NCBI GenBank assembly: GCA_012521085.1
Contig: JAAYNB010000162.1
Span: 1 to 55,998 of the forward strand
Direction: 5' to 3'
Length of the DNA stretch: 55,998 nucleotides
From: Clostridiales bacterium
Lineage (GTDB): Bacteria > Bacillota > Clostridia > Peptostreptococcales > Natronincolaceae
Part shown: positions 41,056-52,103 of the stretch, in pieces
Numbering within the stretch: the first letter of the stretch is position 1
How the letters are laid out: every line of letters starts with the position of its first letter
Notes under the pieces: model-generated
Told to the model about the DNA's origin: nothing
Databases searched by the model: none
What the model saw: only the letters and a program-made list of their open reading frames with translations
Translations under genes and position numbers: made by a program

Positions 41056-42252
41056 CTATATTGTTTTATTAGGATATAGTTCTAATCCTTTTTTTAGAAT
41101 CTCCATAGCTTTTGTAAGATCATCTTCATTTAAAATATATGCAATTCTAGCTTCATTTTTACCAAGTCCTGGAGTAGCATAAAAACTTTCTGCTGGGGTT
41201 ATCATAAGAGTTTCATTATTAATATCAAAATCTTTTAATAACCATATTGCAAAATTCTCTGCATCATCAATTGGTAGTTTTACTACAACATAGAAAGCAC
41301 CTGTCGGCTTTTTACATACAACCCCTGGCATATCTTTTAAAAAATTATATACTATGTCTCTACGCTTTTTATATTCTTTATTAATTTCTTCTAAATATTT
41401 ACTATCTGTCTTATATAATTCAATAGCTCCTATTTGTTCAAGAGTAGGAGCACATAATCTTCCCTGACAAAGTTTGAGTATTTGTTTAATTAATTCTTTA
41501 TTTTTAGTAGCAATAGATCCAATCCTTGCTCCACAGGCGCTATAGCGTTTAGATATACTATCTATAAGAATAACATGTTCTTGAACACCTTCTATATTAC
41601 CAAAACTCATAAATTCTAAATCATCATAAACAAATTCTCTATACACTTCATCACTAATTATAAACAAATTATGTTCTTTTGCTATCTGACAAAGCATTAA
41701 TATCTCTTCTTTTGTATATACAACACCTGTAGGATTACTTGGATTAGAAAGTAAAATAGCTCTAGTTCTAGAATTTATTGATTTTTCAATTATTTCTTTT
41801 GGTGGTAAATGAAATCCTTCTTCAGCATTACATGTTATTGGGGTTATATTTACATCCACAGCCCTATTAAATCCATTATAATTGGCATAAAAGGGCTCAG
41901 GCACTAATATTTCATCTCCACTATCAGCTATTGCAATAATAGTAAATAATAGACCCTCAGAAGCACCATTTGTCACTAATACCTCATCTTCTTCATAATA
42001 AATATCATATTTTTCATAATATGAAATAATACTTTTAATTAATTCTGGCATACCTTGTGAAAATGTATAAGCTATCACTTTTTCATTATAATTACGAATA
42101 GATTCCATAAATGCCGTAGGTGTTTCTATATCAGGTTGACCAATATTTAAATGGTAAACGTGTTTTCCATTAGCTTTTGCTGCTTCAGAATATGGAACTA
42201 ATTTTCTTATAGGGGATTCCTCCATAGATTTAATACGCTTTGATAATCTCAT
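41056..42252 (-). CDS. Class I/II PLP-dependent aminotransferase
   Basis: SNPSNPTG and PLP-lysine context SISKRYSACGARIG. ATG 42252 lies 8 nt after AGGAGTG; the track's GTG 42261 is inside the SD. Confidence 0.85.
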   Translation of the reverse strand: MRLSKRIKSMEESPIRKLVPYSEAAKANGKHVYHLNIGQPDIETPTAFMESIRNYNEKVIAYTFSQGMPELIKSIISYYEKYDIYYEEDEVLVTNGASEGLLFTIIAIADSGDEILVPEPFYANYNGFNRAVDVNITPITCNAEEGFHLPPKEIIEKSINSRTRAILLSNPSNPTGVVYTKEEILMLCQIAKEHNLFIISDEVYREFVYDDLEFMSFGNIEGVQEHVILIDSISKRYSACGARIGSIATKNKELIKQILKLCQGRLCAPTLEQIGAIELYKTDSKYLEEINKEYKKRRDIVYNFLKDMPGVVCKKPTGAFYVVVKLPIDDAENFAIWLLKDFDINNETLMITPAESFYATPGLGKNEARIAYILNEDDLTKAMEILKKGLELYPNKTI

Positions 42253-42421
42253 AATTATCACTCCTATACTACTATATTATAATTATATATGCATTCCATA
42301 ATATCACAAATACTACAATATAGGCAAGTATATTTTTTTTAACATTACAAATACTTTAAATAATAAAACATATTGAATATTTATGTTATTAAATTTAATA
42401 ATTTGCATGGAGGTTTTAATT

Positions 42422-43066
42422 ATGCGTATACCAAAACATATAGGAATAATACCAGATGGTAACAGGAGATGGGCAGTAAAACAAGGATTGTCAAAAGAAA
42501 AAGGATATGAAAATGGTTTAGAACCTGGAATAAAATTGTTTAAACTTTGTAAAGAGATAGGAATTAAAGAAATAACATATTATGGTTTTACAATGGACAA
42601 TACAAAACGAGCAGCGATACAGACGCAAGCATTTATAAATGCTTGTGTTAAAGCAGTAAATATACTCTCTCATGAAGATGCTTCTTTATTAGTACTGGGA
42701 AATTCCAATTCACCTTTATTTCCTGAAGAACTTAAACCTTATACTAATAGGCAAAAATTCCAAAATGGTTCCATTAAGATTAACTTCTTAGTAAACTATG
42801 GCTGGAACTGGGATTTATCAAAACTATATAATAATGAACAAAAGAGTAAAAAAAGTTTAATGGAAGGTTTATATTCTTCTGATATATCAAGAATAGATTT
42901 AATTATTCGTTGGGGTGGTAGACGAAGATTAAGTGGTTTTTTGCCAGTTCAATCAGTTTATTCTGATTTTTATGTAGTAGATGACTATTGGCCAGATTTT
43001 AAACCACAACATCTATATGATGCATTAGAATGGTATAATACTCAAGATATAACCTTAGGTGGATAA
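42422..43066 (+). CDS. Divergent cis-prenyltransferase (UPPS-fold) family protein
   Basis: HIGIIPDGNRRWA matches the UPPS N-terminal motif. C-terminal LIIRWGGRRRLSGFLPVQSVYSDFYVVDDYWPDF is a diverged version of IRT(S/G)GE-R-SNFLLWQ...LWPDF. ATG 42422 follows GGAGG; 42383 in the track is probably too far upstream. Confidence 0.75.
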   Translation: MRIPKHIGIIPDGNRRWAVKQGLSKEKGYENGLEPGIKLFKLCKEIGIKEITYYGFTMDNTKRAAIQTQAFINACVKAVNILSHEDASLLVLGNSNSPLFPEELKPYTNRQKFQNGSIKINFLVNYGWNWDLSKLYNNEQKSKKSLMEGLYSSDISRIDLIIRWGGRRRLSGFLPVQSVYSDFYVVDDYWPDFKPQHLYDALEWYNTQDITLGG

Positions 43067-43081
43067 ATCTTTATTTCTTAT

Positions 43082-43119
43082 AAAATACTTCTTATATTTT
43101 AAAATATAAGGAGTATTTT
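43082..43119 (+). terminator. Hairpin after the UPPS-like gene
   Basis: AAAATACTTCTTATATTTT pairs with AAAATATAAGGAGTATTTT (one G-U), AT-rich. Confidence 0.5.
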
Positions 43120-43296
43120 AATTTGTTCTATCTCTTTACTGTTATCAACTATTACAAAATATTAAATCAAAATCATATTTACCTTAAAATTTATAATAAA
43201 TTAATAAATATAATTTGTTATTCATTAGATTAATATTTGTTTATTTAGTTAGTTTTGATATAATAAAACATGTATAATTTATAGGGAGGAACGCTA

Positions 43297-44736
43297 ATGC
43301 TAGATAATAGTTTTAAAAATTCAGATTATGTTGAAGATAAATTGATGGAAATGGAACACTTTATATATAAAGTAAAAGAAAATAATGATGAATATTATGC
43401 AAAAACAGGTAAAAACAAAAAATATCTCACTGTAACCTATGGTTGTCAAATGAATGAACATGATTCAGAAAAATTAGAAGGTATGCTAAATGAGATGGGA
43501 TATATAGCTACATCTAATAAAGAAGAAGCTGATTTAATTGTATATAACACATGTTGTGTTAGAGAAAATGCAGAATTAAAAGTTTATGGAAATTTAGGAA
43601 CTTTAAAACCTCTAAAAGAAAAAAATAATGATTTAGTCATTGCTATTGGGGGTTGTATGATGCAACAACCTCAAGTAGTTGATGAGATCAAAAAGAAATA
43701 TAGACATGTAGATTTAGTATTTGGAACACACAATTTACACAATTTCCCACAGCTATTACACAATGCAATAAAATCTGATGAAATGATAGTAGAGGTATGG
43801 GAAAAGGAAGGGGAAATTATAGAAGGTATATCAGCCGCCAGAAAATATGATATTAAGGCATTTGTAAACATTATGTATGGTTGTAATAATTTTTGTACTT
43901 ATTGTATAGTTCCATATACTAGAGGTAGAGAAAGAAGTAGGGGAATACATGATATAATAAATGAAGTTAAAGACTTAGCTAATAATGGGGTAAAAGAGAT
44001 TACATTACTTGGCCAAAATGTAAATTCATATGGCAATACTTTAACACCTAAAATTGATTTTGCCCATTTACTAGGTGAATTAAATAAAATTGATGGAATT
44101 GAAAGAATAAGATTTATGACTTCTCATCCAAAAGATTTATCTGATAATCTTATAGAAGCTATGGCTAAATATGAAAAAGTTTGTGAACATATACATCTAC
44201 CTCTTCAATCCGGTAGTAATGAAGTACTTAAAAAAATGAATAGAAAATATACAAGAGAAACTTATCTAAATTTAGTTAATAAACTGAAAAAAGCTGTGCC
44301 TAATATTGCTATAACTACTGATATAATAGTTGGATTCCCAGGTGAAACAGAAGAAGATTTTATCAAAACTTTAGAATTAGTTGAAGAAGTGGAATTTGAT
44401 TCAGCATTTACATTTTTATACTCTATTAGAGAGGGGACTCCAGCAGCTAATTATAAAGAACAAGTTGATAATGAAGTAAAGCATAATAGATTTAATAGAT
44501 TATTGGATAAACTCAATGCAATTGGAGCTGAAATAAATGAAAGATATTTGGGCAATGAAGTGGAAGTTTTAGTTGAAGGCGTTAGTAAAAATGATGAATC
44601 AAAACTTATGGGTAGAACTAGACAAAATAAACTAGTTAATATTTCTGGTGGAGACCATTCTATTATAGGTGAATTAGTTATGGTGAAAATAACTGAAGTA
44701 CGAACATTTTCACTAAATGCTGTGTTAATTAAATAA
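43297..44736 (+). CDS. miaB: tRNA-i6A37 methylthiotransferase
   Basis: N-terminal [11 protein letters not shown], radical [14 protein letters not shown]-terminal TRAM domain. Confidence 0.93.
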   Translation: MLDNSFKNSDYVEDKLMEMEHFIYKVKENNDEYYAKTGKNKKYLTVTYGCQMNEHDSEKLEGMLNEMGYIATSNKEEADLIVYNTCCVRENAELKVYGNLGTLKPLKEKNNDLVIAIGGCMMQQPQVVDEIKKKYRHVDLVFGTHNLHNFPQLLHNAIKSDEMIVEVWEKEGEIIEGISAARKYDIKAFVNIMYGCNNFCTYCIVPYTRGRERSRGIHDIINEVKDLANNGVKEITLLGQNVNSYGNTLTPKIDFAHLLGELNKIDGIERIRFMTSHPKDLSDNLIEAMAKYEKVCEHIHLPLQSGSNEVLKKMNRKYTRETYLNLVNKLKKAVPNIAITTDIIVGFPGETEEDFIKTLELVEEVEFDSAFTFLYSIREGTPAANYKEQVDNEVKHNRFNRLLDKLNAIGAEINERYLGNEVEVLVEGVSKNDESKLMGRTRQNKLVNISGGDHSIIGELVMVKITEVRTFSLNAVLIK

Positions 44737-44746
44737 TACCCTTGAT

Positions 44747-44781
44747 AAAAACTGGTTCACATAAAATATGGACCAGTTTTT
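44747..44781 (+). terminator. miaB terminator
   Basis: AAAAACTGGT pairs with ACCAGTTTTT (10 bp, extendable by 2), 11-nt loop. Confidence 0.75.
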
Positions 44782-44879
44782 AAATTATATGTTATAAATT
44801 TTAAAGATTGTTAAATATACACAGTACTTTATCTTTATTTAGTTTAACATATAATATTTGGGTTAGGAGGTATCTTGAA

Positions 44880-47507
44880 TTGAAAAATTTAACACCCATG
44901 ATGAAGCAATATCTTAATATAAAAGAAAAGTATAAAGATACATTATTATTTTTTAGATTAGGAGATTTCTACGAATTATTTTTTGATGATGCAATTATAG
45001 CTTCCAAAGAATTGGAAATAGCCCTAACTGGTAGAGATTGTGGATTAGAAGAACGTGCCCCCATGTGTGGTGTTCCTCATCATGCTGCTGATAGCTATAT
45101 TAATAAATTAGTTGCAAATGGCTATAAAGTAGCCATATGTGAGCAAGTAGAAGATCCAGCTGTAGCTAAAGGTATTGTAAAACGTGATGTTGTCCGAGTT
45201 ATTACACCAGGAACTTTAATAGATACAGATTTATTAGAAGAAAAAACAAACAACTATTTAATGTGTATATTTGCTAATGATAGAGGAATAGGAATTAGTT
45301 ATGTTGATATTTCCACCGGAGAATTATTTGCAACTCAAATTATTGATGCAAATTTAGATCAAAAACTTCAAGATGAAATATCAAAAACACAACCTAAAGA
45401 AATTATTTACAATATTAATGATGATTCTCTTATAAATATTGTTAAGGAATTTCATACAAGACTTAACACTTATATTAGTAATTATGATGATTGGCACTTT
45501 GAATATGAATATTGTATAAATCAGATAAAAGATCATTTTAATATCTTATCTTTAGATGGATTAGGATTTGAAGAAAATGATTTGTCTATTCACTCTACAG
45601 GCGCTTTATTTCATTATTTAAAAACTACACAAAAAAGAACATTAAACTATATAAATAAAATAAATATTTATGATTTAAATAATGTCATGTTATTAGATCT
45701 AACTACTAGACGTAATTTAGAATTAACTAAAACAATAAGAGAAAACAGCAAAAAAGGTTCATTATTATGGGTTTTAGATAAAACTAAAACTTCTATGGGT
45801 GGTAGAATGTTGCGTAAATGGATAGAAGAACCCCTTATAGAAGTAAATTTAATAAATGAAAGACTAGATCTAGTTGAAATATTTAAGGAAGATATTTTAT
45901 TACGAAAAGAAATAGAAGAAAATCTAAAAAATATATACGATTTAGAAAGATTATCTGCTAAAATATCCTACGGCACTGCAAACCCTAGAGATTTAATTGC
46001 TTTAAAAAACTCATTATCTTATATTCCAAATATAATTGATGCTTTAACTAAGGTAAATCATCCTTTATTACAAAATATAATAGATAATGTTAATCCTCAT
46101 ACTGAAATTAAAGATCTAATAGATAAAGCTATTTTAGATAATCCTTCACCAACTTTAAAAGAAGGTAATATTATAAAAATAGGGTATAATGAAGATATTG
46201 ATAGATTAAAATTGTCTTCTAAAGAAGCTAAGTCATGGATAGCAAATTTAGAATCCGTGGAAAGGGAAAAAACTGGAATTAAGTCTTTAAAAGTTGGTTA
46301 TAATAGAGTTTTTGGATATTATATTGAAGTTACCAAATCAAATTTATCCTCTGTGCCTGATAGATATATTCGAAAACAAACACTTGCCAACTCTGAAAGA
46401 TATATAATACCTGAGTTAAAAGAAATGGAATCTAAAATACTTAGCTCTGAAGAAAAAATTATAGCATTAGAATATGAATTATTTCTTGAAATTCGTAGTA
46501 TTATAGAAAAAGAAATTCCTAAAATTCAAAATACAGCTCATACTATAGCAAAGCTAGATGCTTTATATTCATTAGCTGAAACAGCTTATGAAAATAGATA
46601 TGAAAAACCAGAAGTCAACAATAATAAGATAATTAATATTTCAATGGGAAGACATCCAGTAGTTGAAAAAATGTTAAATAATAATATGTTTGTACCTAAT
46701 GATACATATATTGATCCAAATAAATATGAAATTTCTATTATAACAGGTCCTAATATGGCAGGAAAATCTACTTATATGCGTCAAGTTGCACTAATTGTCC
46801 TTATGGCACAGATTGGATCATTTGTACCGGCTGATAGTGCAACTATAGGTATAGTTGATAGAATTTTTACTCGTGTAGGTGCAAGTGATGATTTAAGTCA
46901 AGGACAAAGTACTTTTATGGTTGAAATGAGTGAGATGGCCAATATTTTAAATAATGCCACTCCTAATAGTTTAGTAATATTAGATGAAGTTGGTAGGGGT
47001 ACAAGTACTTATGATGGTTTAAGTATTGCATGGTCTATAATTGAATATATTAGTGAAATAACCAAATGTAAAACACTTTTCTCTACACATTATCATGAAT
47101 TAAGCGAACTAGAAGGTTTAATTAGAGGTGTTAAAAACTATAAAATTTCTGTAAAAGAAGAAAAAGATAATATAATTTTCTTAAGAAAAGTTAAAGAGGG
47201 TAGTGCCGACAAAAGTTACGGAATACAAGTTGCTAAATTAGCTGGTTTACCTGCTGATGTGATTAAAAGAGCAGAAATAATATTAAATGACTTAGAAAAA
47301 AAAGATATTATAAATTCTAAGCAAGTAAATGATATAACTGACACTATTTCATATAATCATAAACAACTGAATTTCTTTGACACTAATTATCAAAAAATAA
47401 TTGATGAAATTAAGAATTTAAACTTATTAGAAACAACACCTATTGCTGCTTTAAATATATTGAATGAGCTTCAAAAAAAGGTTGAAAAATTAGAGCTAAA
47501 GGGGTGA
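44880..47507 (+). CDS. mutS: DNA mismatch repair protein MutS
   Basis: TPMMKQYL N-terminus, Walker A GPNMAGKST, LDEVGRGTSTYDG. In-frame TTG 44880 lies 9 nt after AGGAGG; the track's TTG 44808 adds an implausible extension. Confidence 0.95.
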   Translation: MKNLTPMMKQYLNIKEKYKDTLLFFRLGDFYELFFDDAIIASKELEIALTGRDCGLEERAPMCGVPHHAADSYINKLVANGYKVAICEQVEDPAVAKGIVKRDVVRVITPGTLIDTDLLEEKTNNYLMCIFANDRGIGISYVDISTGELFATQIIDANLDQKLQDEISKTQPKEIIYNINDDSLINIVKEFHTRLNTYISNYDDWHFEYEYCINQIKDHFNILSLDGLGFEENDLSIHSTGALFHYLKTTQKRTLNYINKINIYDLNNVMLLDLTTRRNLELTKTIRENSKKGSLLWVLDKTKTSMGGRMLRKWIEEPLIEVNLINERLDLVEIFKEDILLRKEIEENLKNIYDLERLSAKISYGTANPRDLIALKNSLSYIPNIIDALTKVNHPLLQNIIDNVNPHTEIKDLIDKAILDNPSPTLKEGNIIKIGYNEDIDRLKLSSKEAKSWIANLESVEREKTGIKSLKVGYNRVFGYYIEVTKSNLSSVPDRYIRKQTLANSERYIIPELKEMESKILSSEEKIIALEYELFLEIRSIIEKEIPKIQNTAHTIAKLDALYSLAETAYENRYEKPEVNNNKIINISMGRHPVVEKMLNNNMFVPNDTYIDPNKYEISIITGPNMAGKSTYMRQVALIVLMAQIGSFVPADSATIGIVDRIFTRVGASDDLSQGQSTFMVEMSEMANILNNATPNSLVILDEVGRGTSTYDGLSIAWSIIEYISEITKCKTLFSTHYHELSELEGLIRGVKNYKISVKEEKDNIIFLRKVKEGSADKSYGIQVAKLAGLPADVIKRAEIILNDLEKKDIINSKQVNDITDTISYNHKQLNFFDTNYQKIIDEIKNLNLLETTPIAALNILNELQKKVEKLELKG

Positions 47508-47513
47508 AATTTT

Positions 47514-49358
47514 ATGTCTAATAGAATAAAAGTTTTAAATGATTTAACAATAAATAAAATAGCGGCCGGCGAAGTAGTAGAAGGACCCCACTCTGTTGTT
47601 AAGGAATTAATTGAAAATTCTATTGATGCTAATGCAACCAATATCACTATAGAAATAAAAGATGGAGGACAATCCTATATTAGAGTTAGTGACGATGGTA
47701 TAGGAATTAATGAAAAAGATGTGAAAACAGCTTTTCTTCGTCATGCAACTTCTAAGATAAATACAATAGAAGATTTAAATTCTCTTTACTCATTAGGGTT
47801 TAGAGGAGAAGCATTAGCAAGTATTGCTTCTGTGTCACAAATCAAAGTTATAACTAAACCTAGAAATCAATCATATGCTATATCAATGGAAATAATAAAT
47901 GGAGAAATAATAAATCAAAAACAAATCGGTGCTCCTGATGGAACAACTATTATAGTAAAAAATCTGTTTTTTAACACTCCCGCTAGACTTAAGTTTATGA
48001 AAAGTCCACAATCAGAAACTAGAAAGATAAGCGAAATTATATCTAGACTTTCTTTAAGTAAACCTGAGATATCTTTTAAGTTTATTAACAGTAATAACAT
48101 TATGTTAACTACCCCTGGGAATAACAATATTGATCAAACAATAATATCAGTATTAGATAAAAATCTATATAAAAGTCTAATAAAGATTAGTGATGTAAAT
48201 AATTTTATGGAGTTAAATGGATATATTAGTCAGCCTACATATATTAGGGGAAATAGAAACTTATTAATCGTTTTTGTAAATGGTAGATATGTAAAAAATC
48301 AAACAATTTATAAAGCGATTGTTGATGCATATAAAGAAAAGTTACCTATTAACAAATTTCCTGTTTGTATTTTAAATTTAAAAATAAACCCTGAGTTAAT
48401 TGACGTGAATGTTCATCCTACTAAGATAGAAATTAAATTTGATGAAGATGTAGAAATATATGAGTTCATATATAACATTATTAAATATAGTTTATCTCAA
48501 AATGTTATAGTGCCTACTATAATATTTGATAAAAATAATTCTAGTAAAGATAATATATCATCAAATTTACACACTAAATCTCTAAGTACTTCATTTCAAG
48601 AAAGAAGAGAAGAATATAATGCATCTGATAATTATAATCAACCTATTATTGATACTATTATTGATAATGATTCTGAGCAATTGGATCTAAATGATTATAA
48701 AGCAGATATTCAATCAAAAATAAACTATAATAATAATTATATAAATGAAAAAGAAATAACACAAAAAAATTTTTTAAATAATATATTAACGGATTACAAA
48801 ATAATTGGACAACTTTTTTCTACTTATATTATTTTAGAAAAGAATCTTTTCATGTATTTAATTGATCAACATGCTGCACATGAAAGACTTGTATATAATA
48901 AATTATTAGAAGAATATAAAAATAACAATGTTACAAGGCAAAAACTATTAAAACCAGAGGTATTAGAATTAACTAGCGAAGATTATATATTTATAATTGA
49001 ACATCTAAATAAATTTATTAATCTTGGTTTTAATATAGAAATTTTTGGAACCAACTCTATAATAGTTAGAGAAGTTCCCTTAATTATGGGAAAACCTAGA
49101 GATTTTCAATTTCTATTTCAAATAATTGATGAATTGAAAAATGAAGTTTATAATGAAGTACATTTTAATGAAACAATTATTAGAAAATCATGTAGAGAAG
49201 CCATAAAAGCCATGGATAAACTTACAACTAGTGAGATTCATCAATTGATAAAAGATTTAAGTAAAATAGATCCGCCACTTACTTGCCCTCATGGTAGACC
49301 TATTTTATTATCATTATCTAAGTATGAAATTGAAAAAAACTTTAAAAGAGTACAATAG
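47514..49358 (+). CDS. mutL: DNA mismatch repair protein MutL
   Basis: GHKL ATPase motifs (IAAGEVVEGP, ELIENSIDA, GFRGEALASI) and C-terminal dimerisation domain. Confidence 0.95.
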   Translation: MSNRIKVLNDLTINKIAAGEVVEGPHSVVKELIENSIDANATNITIEIKDGGQSYIRVSDDGIGINEKDVKTAFLRHATSKINTIEDLNSLYSLGFRGEALASIASVSQIKVITKPRNQSYAISMEIINGEIINQKQIGAPDGTTIIVKNLFFNTPARLKFMKSPQSETRKISEIISRLSLSKPEISFKFINSNNIMLTTPGNNNIDQTIISVLDKNLYKSLIKISDVNNFMELNGYISQPTYIRGNRNLLIVFVNGRYVKNQTIYKAIVDAYKEKLPINKFPVCILNLKINPELIDVNVHPTKIEIKFDEDVEIYEFIYNIIKYSLSQNVIVPTIIFDKNNSSKDNISSNLHTKSLSTSFQERREEYNASDNYNQPIIDTIIDNDSEQLDLNDYKADIQSKINYNNNYINEKEITQKNFLNNILTDYKIIGQLFSTYIILEKNLFMYLIDQHAAHERLVYNKLLEEYKNNNVTRQKLLKPEVLELTSEDYIFIIEHLNKFINLGFNIEIFGTNSIIVREVPLIMGKPRDFQFLFQIIDELKNEVYNEVHFNETIIRKSCREAIKAMDKLTTSEIHQLIKDLSKIDPPLTCPHGRPILLSLSKYEIEKNFKRVQ

Positions 49359-49369
49359 GAGGGAAGGCT

Positions 49370-50314
49370 TTGAAACCAAATGTAGTAATTTTAATAGGTC
49401 CTACAGCAGTGGGAAAAACAAATATATCTATTGAATTAGCCAAAAAAATTGATGGTGAAATTATATCTGCCGATTCCATGCAAATTTATAAGTATATGGA
49501 TATAGGTACAGCTAAACCTTTAAATACTGAAATGCAAAATATACCTCACCACTTAATTGATATTGTTGAACCAAGTGAGACTTTTACAGTTGCAGACTTT
49601 CAAGCACAAGCAAAACTTGCCATAGATAAAATTACTAAAAATGGAAAACTACCGATAATTGCTGGAGGAACAGGTTTATATATTAACTCTATTATATATG
49701 ATATTGATTTTACCAGTACTATATCAAATTGGCCATTAAGAAATCATTTACAATTAGAAGCTGAAAAATATGGTAATGAATATATCCATAACAAATTAAA
49801 AAAATTAGATCCTGAAGCAGCTAATAGAATACATAAAAATAATGTTAAACGTGTTATTAGAGCAATTGAAGTTATCAAAACAAGTGGCGAGAAAATAGGT
49901 AATTTCAAGAATGATCCTAAATTAAATGAAGATTATAATTTTATCTTAATAGGTTTAACTAGGGATAGAAAAGAATTATATGATAGAATTAATAAGCGAG
50001 TTGACATGATGATAAAAGATGGTCTTATAGAAGAAGTATCTTCACTTATTAACGAAAAAGGTTATGATAAAAACTTAATTGCTTTTAGAGGTCTAGGATA
50101 TAAAGAAATAATAGTTTATCTAGAAAATAATATAGATCTTGAGAAAACTATTGAAATATTAAAAAGAGATACTAGAAGATATGCTAAAAGACAATTAACC
50201 TGGTTTAGAAGATTAGATAATGTAAGATGGTATAATTTATCTGAATATATTTCAAAAGAAAATTTAGTTTGCGACATTATAGAATATATTGAAAGATATC
50301 TATACATGTTATAA
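49370..50314 (+). CDS. miaA: tRNA dimethylallyltransferase
   Basis: P-loop IGPTAVGKT. TTG start after AGGAGGG. Confidence 0.95.
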   Translation: MKPNVVILIGPTAVGKTNISIELAKKIDGEIISADSMQIYKYMDIGTAKPLNTEMQNIPHHLIDIVEPSETFTVADFQAQAKLAIDKITKNGKLPIIAGGTGLYINSIIYDIDFTSTISNWPLRNHLQLEAEKYGNEYIHNKLKKLDPEAANRIHKNNVKRVIRAIEVIKTSGEKIGNFKNDPKLNEDYNFILIGLTRDRKELYDRINKRVDMMIKDGLIEEVSSLINEKGYDKNLIAFRGLGYKEIIVYLENNIDLEKTIEILKRDTRRYAKRQLTWFRRLDNVRWYNLSEYISKENLVCDIIEYIERYLYML

Positions 50315-50367
50315 AATATATATATATTTAATATAAGAATTTTAATAAATTTAAAGGAGGGTTTTTT

Positions 50368-50601
50368 ATGAAAAACAGTATAAATTTACAGGATATCTTT
50401 TTAAATCAAGTCAGAAAAAACAATATATTAATTACAATTTATTTGGTTAATGGATTCCAAATTAAAGGTCTTGTAAAGGGTTTCGATAATTATACAATAT
50501 ATTTAGATACTGATGGTAAAGAGCAACTTATATATAAACATGCTATATCTACCATTACTCCCAGTGTCTCAGTAAATTTAAATTTAAATATTAAAAAATA
50601 A
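50368..50601 (+). CDS. hfq: RNA chaperone Hfq
   Basis: 77 aa Sm fold ([13 protein letters not shown]...VNGFQIKG...YKHAISTI). Confidence 0.95.
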   Translation: MKNSINLQDIFLNQVRKNNILITIYLVNGFQIKGLVKGFDNYTIYLDTDGKEQLIYKHAISTITPSVSVNLNLNIKK

Positions 50602-50605
50602 TAAT

Positions 50606-50650
50606 AAAACTTCTTCATTATAATGGTTAATAATAAAATGAAGAAGTTTT
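50606..50650 (+). terminator. hfq terminator
   Basis: AAAACTTCTTCATT pairs with AATGAAGAAGTTTT (14 bp perfect), 17-nt loop. Confidence 0.7.
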
Positions 50651-50767
50651 GTATTGATGAATAAAGTTTTAAAATATAAAAGTATATAAAATGTCAAAAA
50701 ATATTTTATATGTTATAATCAAAAAGTATTATTTAAATATACATTTAATAATAAAAGGAGAATTTAA

Positions 50768-52057
50768 ATGATTCAAGATTACAAAAATTTTTTATTAGAT
50801 TCTTTTAATATTCATATTGATATTATAAATAAGATTGATAGTATTGAAGATAAATTAAAAGATATTTATAAAACTATCGATAATATAAAAGGATATAATC
50901 AATATAAAGTATTAAAAGCTATGCAAGATCTTAATTTAAGTGATCAACATTTTAATTGGACAACAGGTTATGGATACAATGATATAGGCAGAGATAAATT
51001 AGAAGAAGTTTATGCTAAAATATTTAATGCTGAAGATGCCATTGTACGTCCTACAATTGCAAATGGGACACATGCTCTAACATTATGTCTTAGAGGGTTA
51101 TTAAACCCAGGAGATGAAATGATTTCTGTAACAGGTAAGCCTTACGATACCTTAAATGAACTTATTGGTATTAGTGGAAATTATGAAAAAAGTTTTAAAA
51201 ATAATAATATTACATATAAACAAATTGATTTTTTAGATAATGGAGAAATAGATTTTAAATCAATTGAAGAACAAGTGAGTAATAAAACTAAATTAGTTTA
51301 TATTCAAAGATCTACAGGATATAGTTTTAGGAAAGCTGTAGATATTATTACTATTGAAAAAATTGTCCAATTAGTTAAAGAAATAAATCCTAACCTTATT
51401 TGTATGGTAGATAATTGTTATGGAGAATTTCTTGAAACTAAAGAACCAACAGATGTAGGTGTAGATATTTTAGCCGGATCTTTAATTAAAAATCCTGGCG
51501 CTGGTTTAGTATTATCAGGTGGTTATATTGTGGGTAGGGCTGATTTAATAGAAAAAGTTTCTTATGAACTTACATCTCCAGGTGTAGGTAAAGAATCTGG
51601 TGTTACTTTTGGACAATCTAGAATAATGTTTCAGGGCCTATTTCTAGCTCCATATATAGTGAGCCAATCCATAAAAGGCGCCGTTTTTTGTGCAAAATTA
51701 TTTGAAGAAGAAGGATATGAAGTTATACCAAGATATTCTGATAAAAGAAGTGATATTATTCAAGCAGTAAAATTAGGCAAAGAAGAGAAATTACTAGCAT
51801 TTTGTGAAGGTGTGCAAGAAGCAGCTCCAGTAGATTCTTTTGTAACACCAATACCATGGGCTATGCCAGGATATGATGACCCTGTTATAATGGCAGCAGG
51901 AGCTTTTGTACAAGGTTCCTCCATAGAACTTAGTGCAGATGGACCAGTAAGACCACCTTATATTGCATATTTTCAAGGAGGCTTAACTTACGAACATAGT
52001 AAGTTGGGAGCATTAAAAGCATTAAGTAAAATAAAAGAATTAAAACAAAATAATTAA
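50768..52057 (+). CDS. ynbB: YnbB / 'aluminium resistance' family PLP-dependent protein (Cys/Met-metabolism fold)
   Basis: 429 aa. Family recognised from overall similarity and from its usual position downstream of miaA-hfq. Confidence 0.75.
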   Translation: MIQDYKNFLLDSFNIHIDIINKIDSIEDKLKDIYKTIDNIKGYNQYKVLKAMQDLNLSDQHFNWTTGYGYNDIGRDKLEEVYAKIFNAEDAIVRPTIANGTHALTLCLRGLLNPGDEMISVTGKPYDTLNELIGISGNYEKSFKNNNITYKQIDFLDNGEIDFKSIEEQVSNKTKLVYIQRSTGYSFRKAVDIITIEKIVQLVKEINPNLICMVDNCYGEFLETKEPTDVGVDILAGSLIKNPGAGLVLSGGYIVGRADLIEKVSYELTSPGVGKESGVTFGQSRIMFQGLFLAPYIVSQSIKGAVFCAKLFEEEGYEVIPRYSDKRSDIIQAVKLGKEEKLLAFCEGVQEAAPVDSFVTPIPWAMPGYDDPVIMAAGAFVQGSSIELSADGPVRPPYIAYFQGGLTYEHSKLGALKALSKIKELKQNN

Positions 52058-52073
52058 AGATTAAAAGAAGTAG

Positions 52074-52103
52074 TTATAAGGAGACCTTATGGTCTCCTTA
52101 TAA
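52074..52103. terminator. Bidirectional terminator between convergent ynbB and lexA
   Basis: TTATAAGGAGACC pairs with GGTCTCCTTATAA (13 bp perfect), loop TTAT. Overlaps the lexA stop codon. Confidence 0.8.

Noticed and set aside
43123-43233. 36-codon TTG ORF preceded by AAGGAG downstream of the UPPS-like gene.
   Set aside because: The apparent SD is the 3' arm of the terminator hairpin, and the translation is Y/N/I/K-rich low complexity. Likely spurious.
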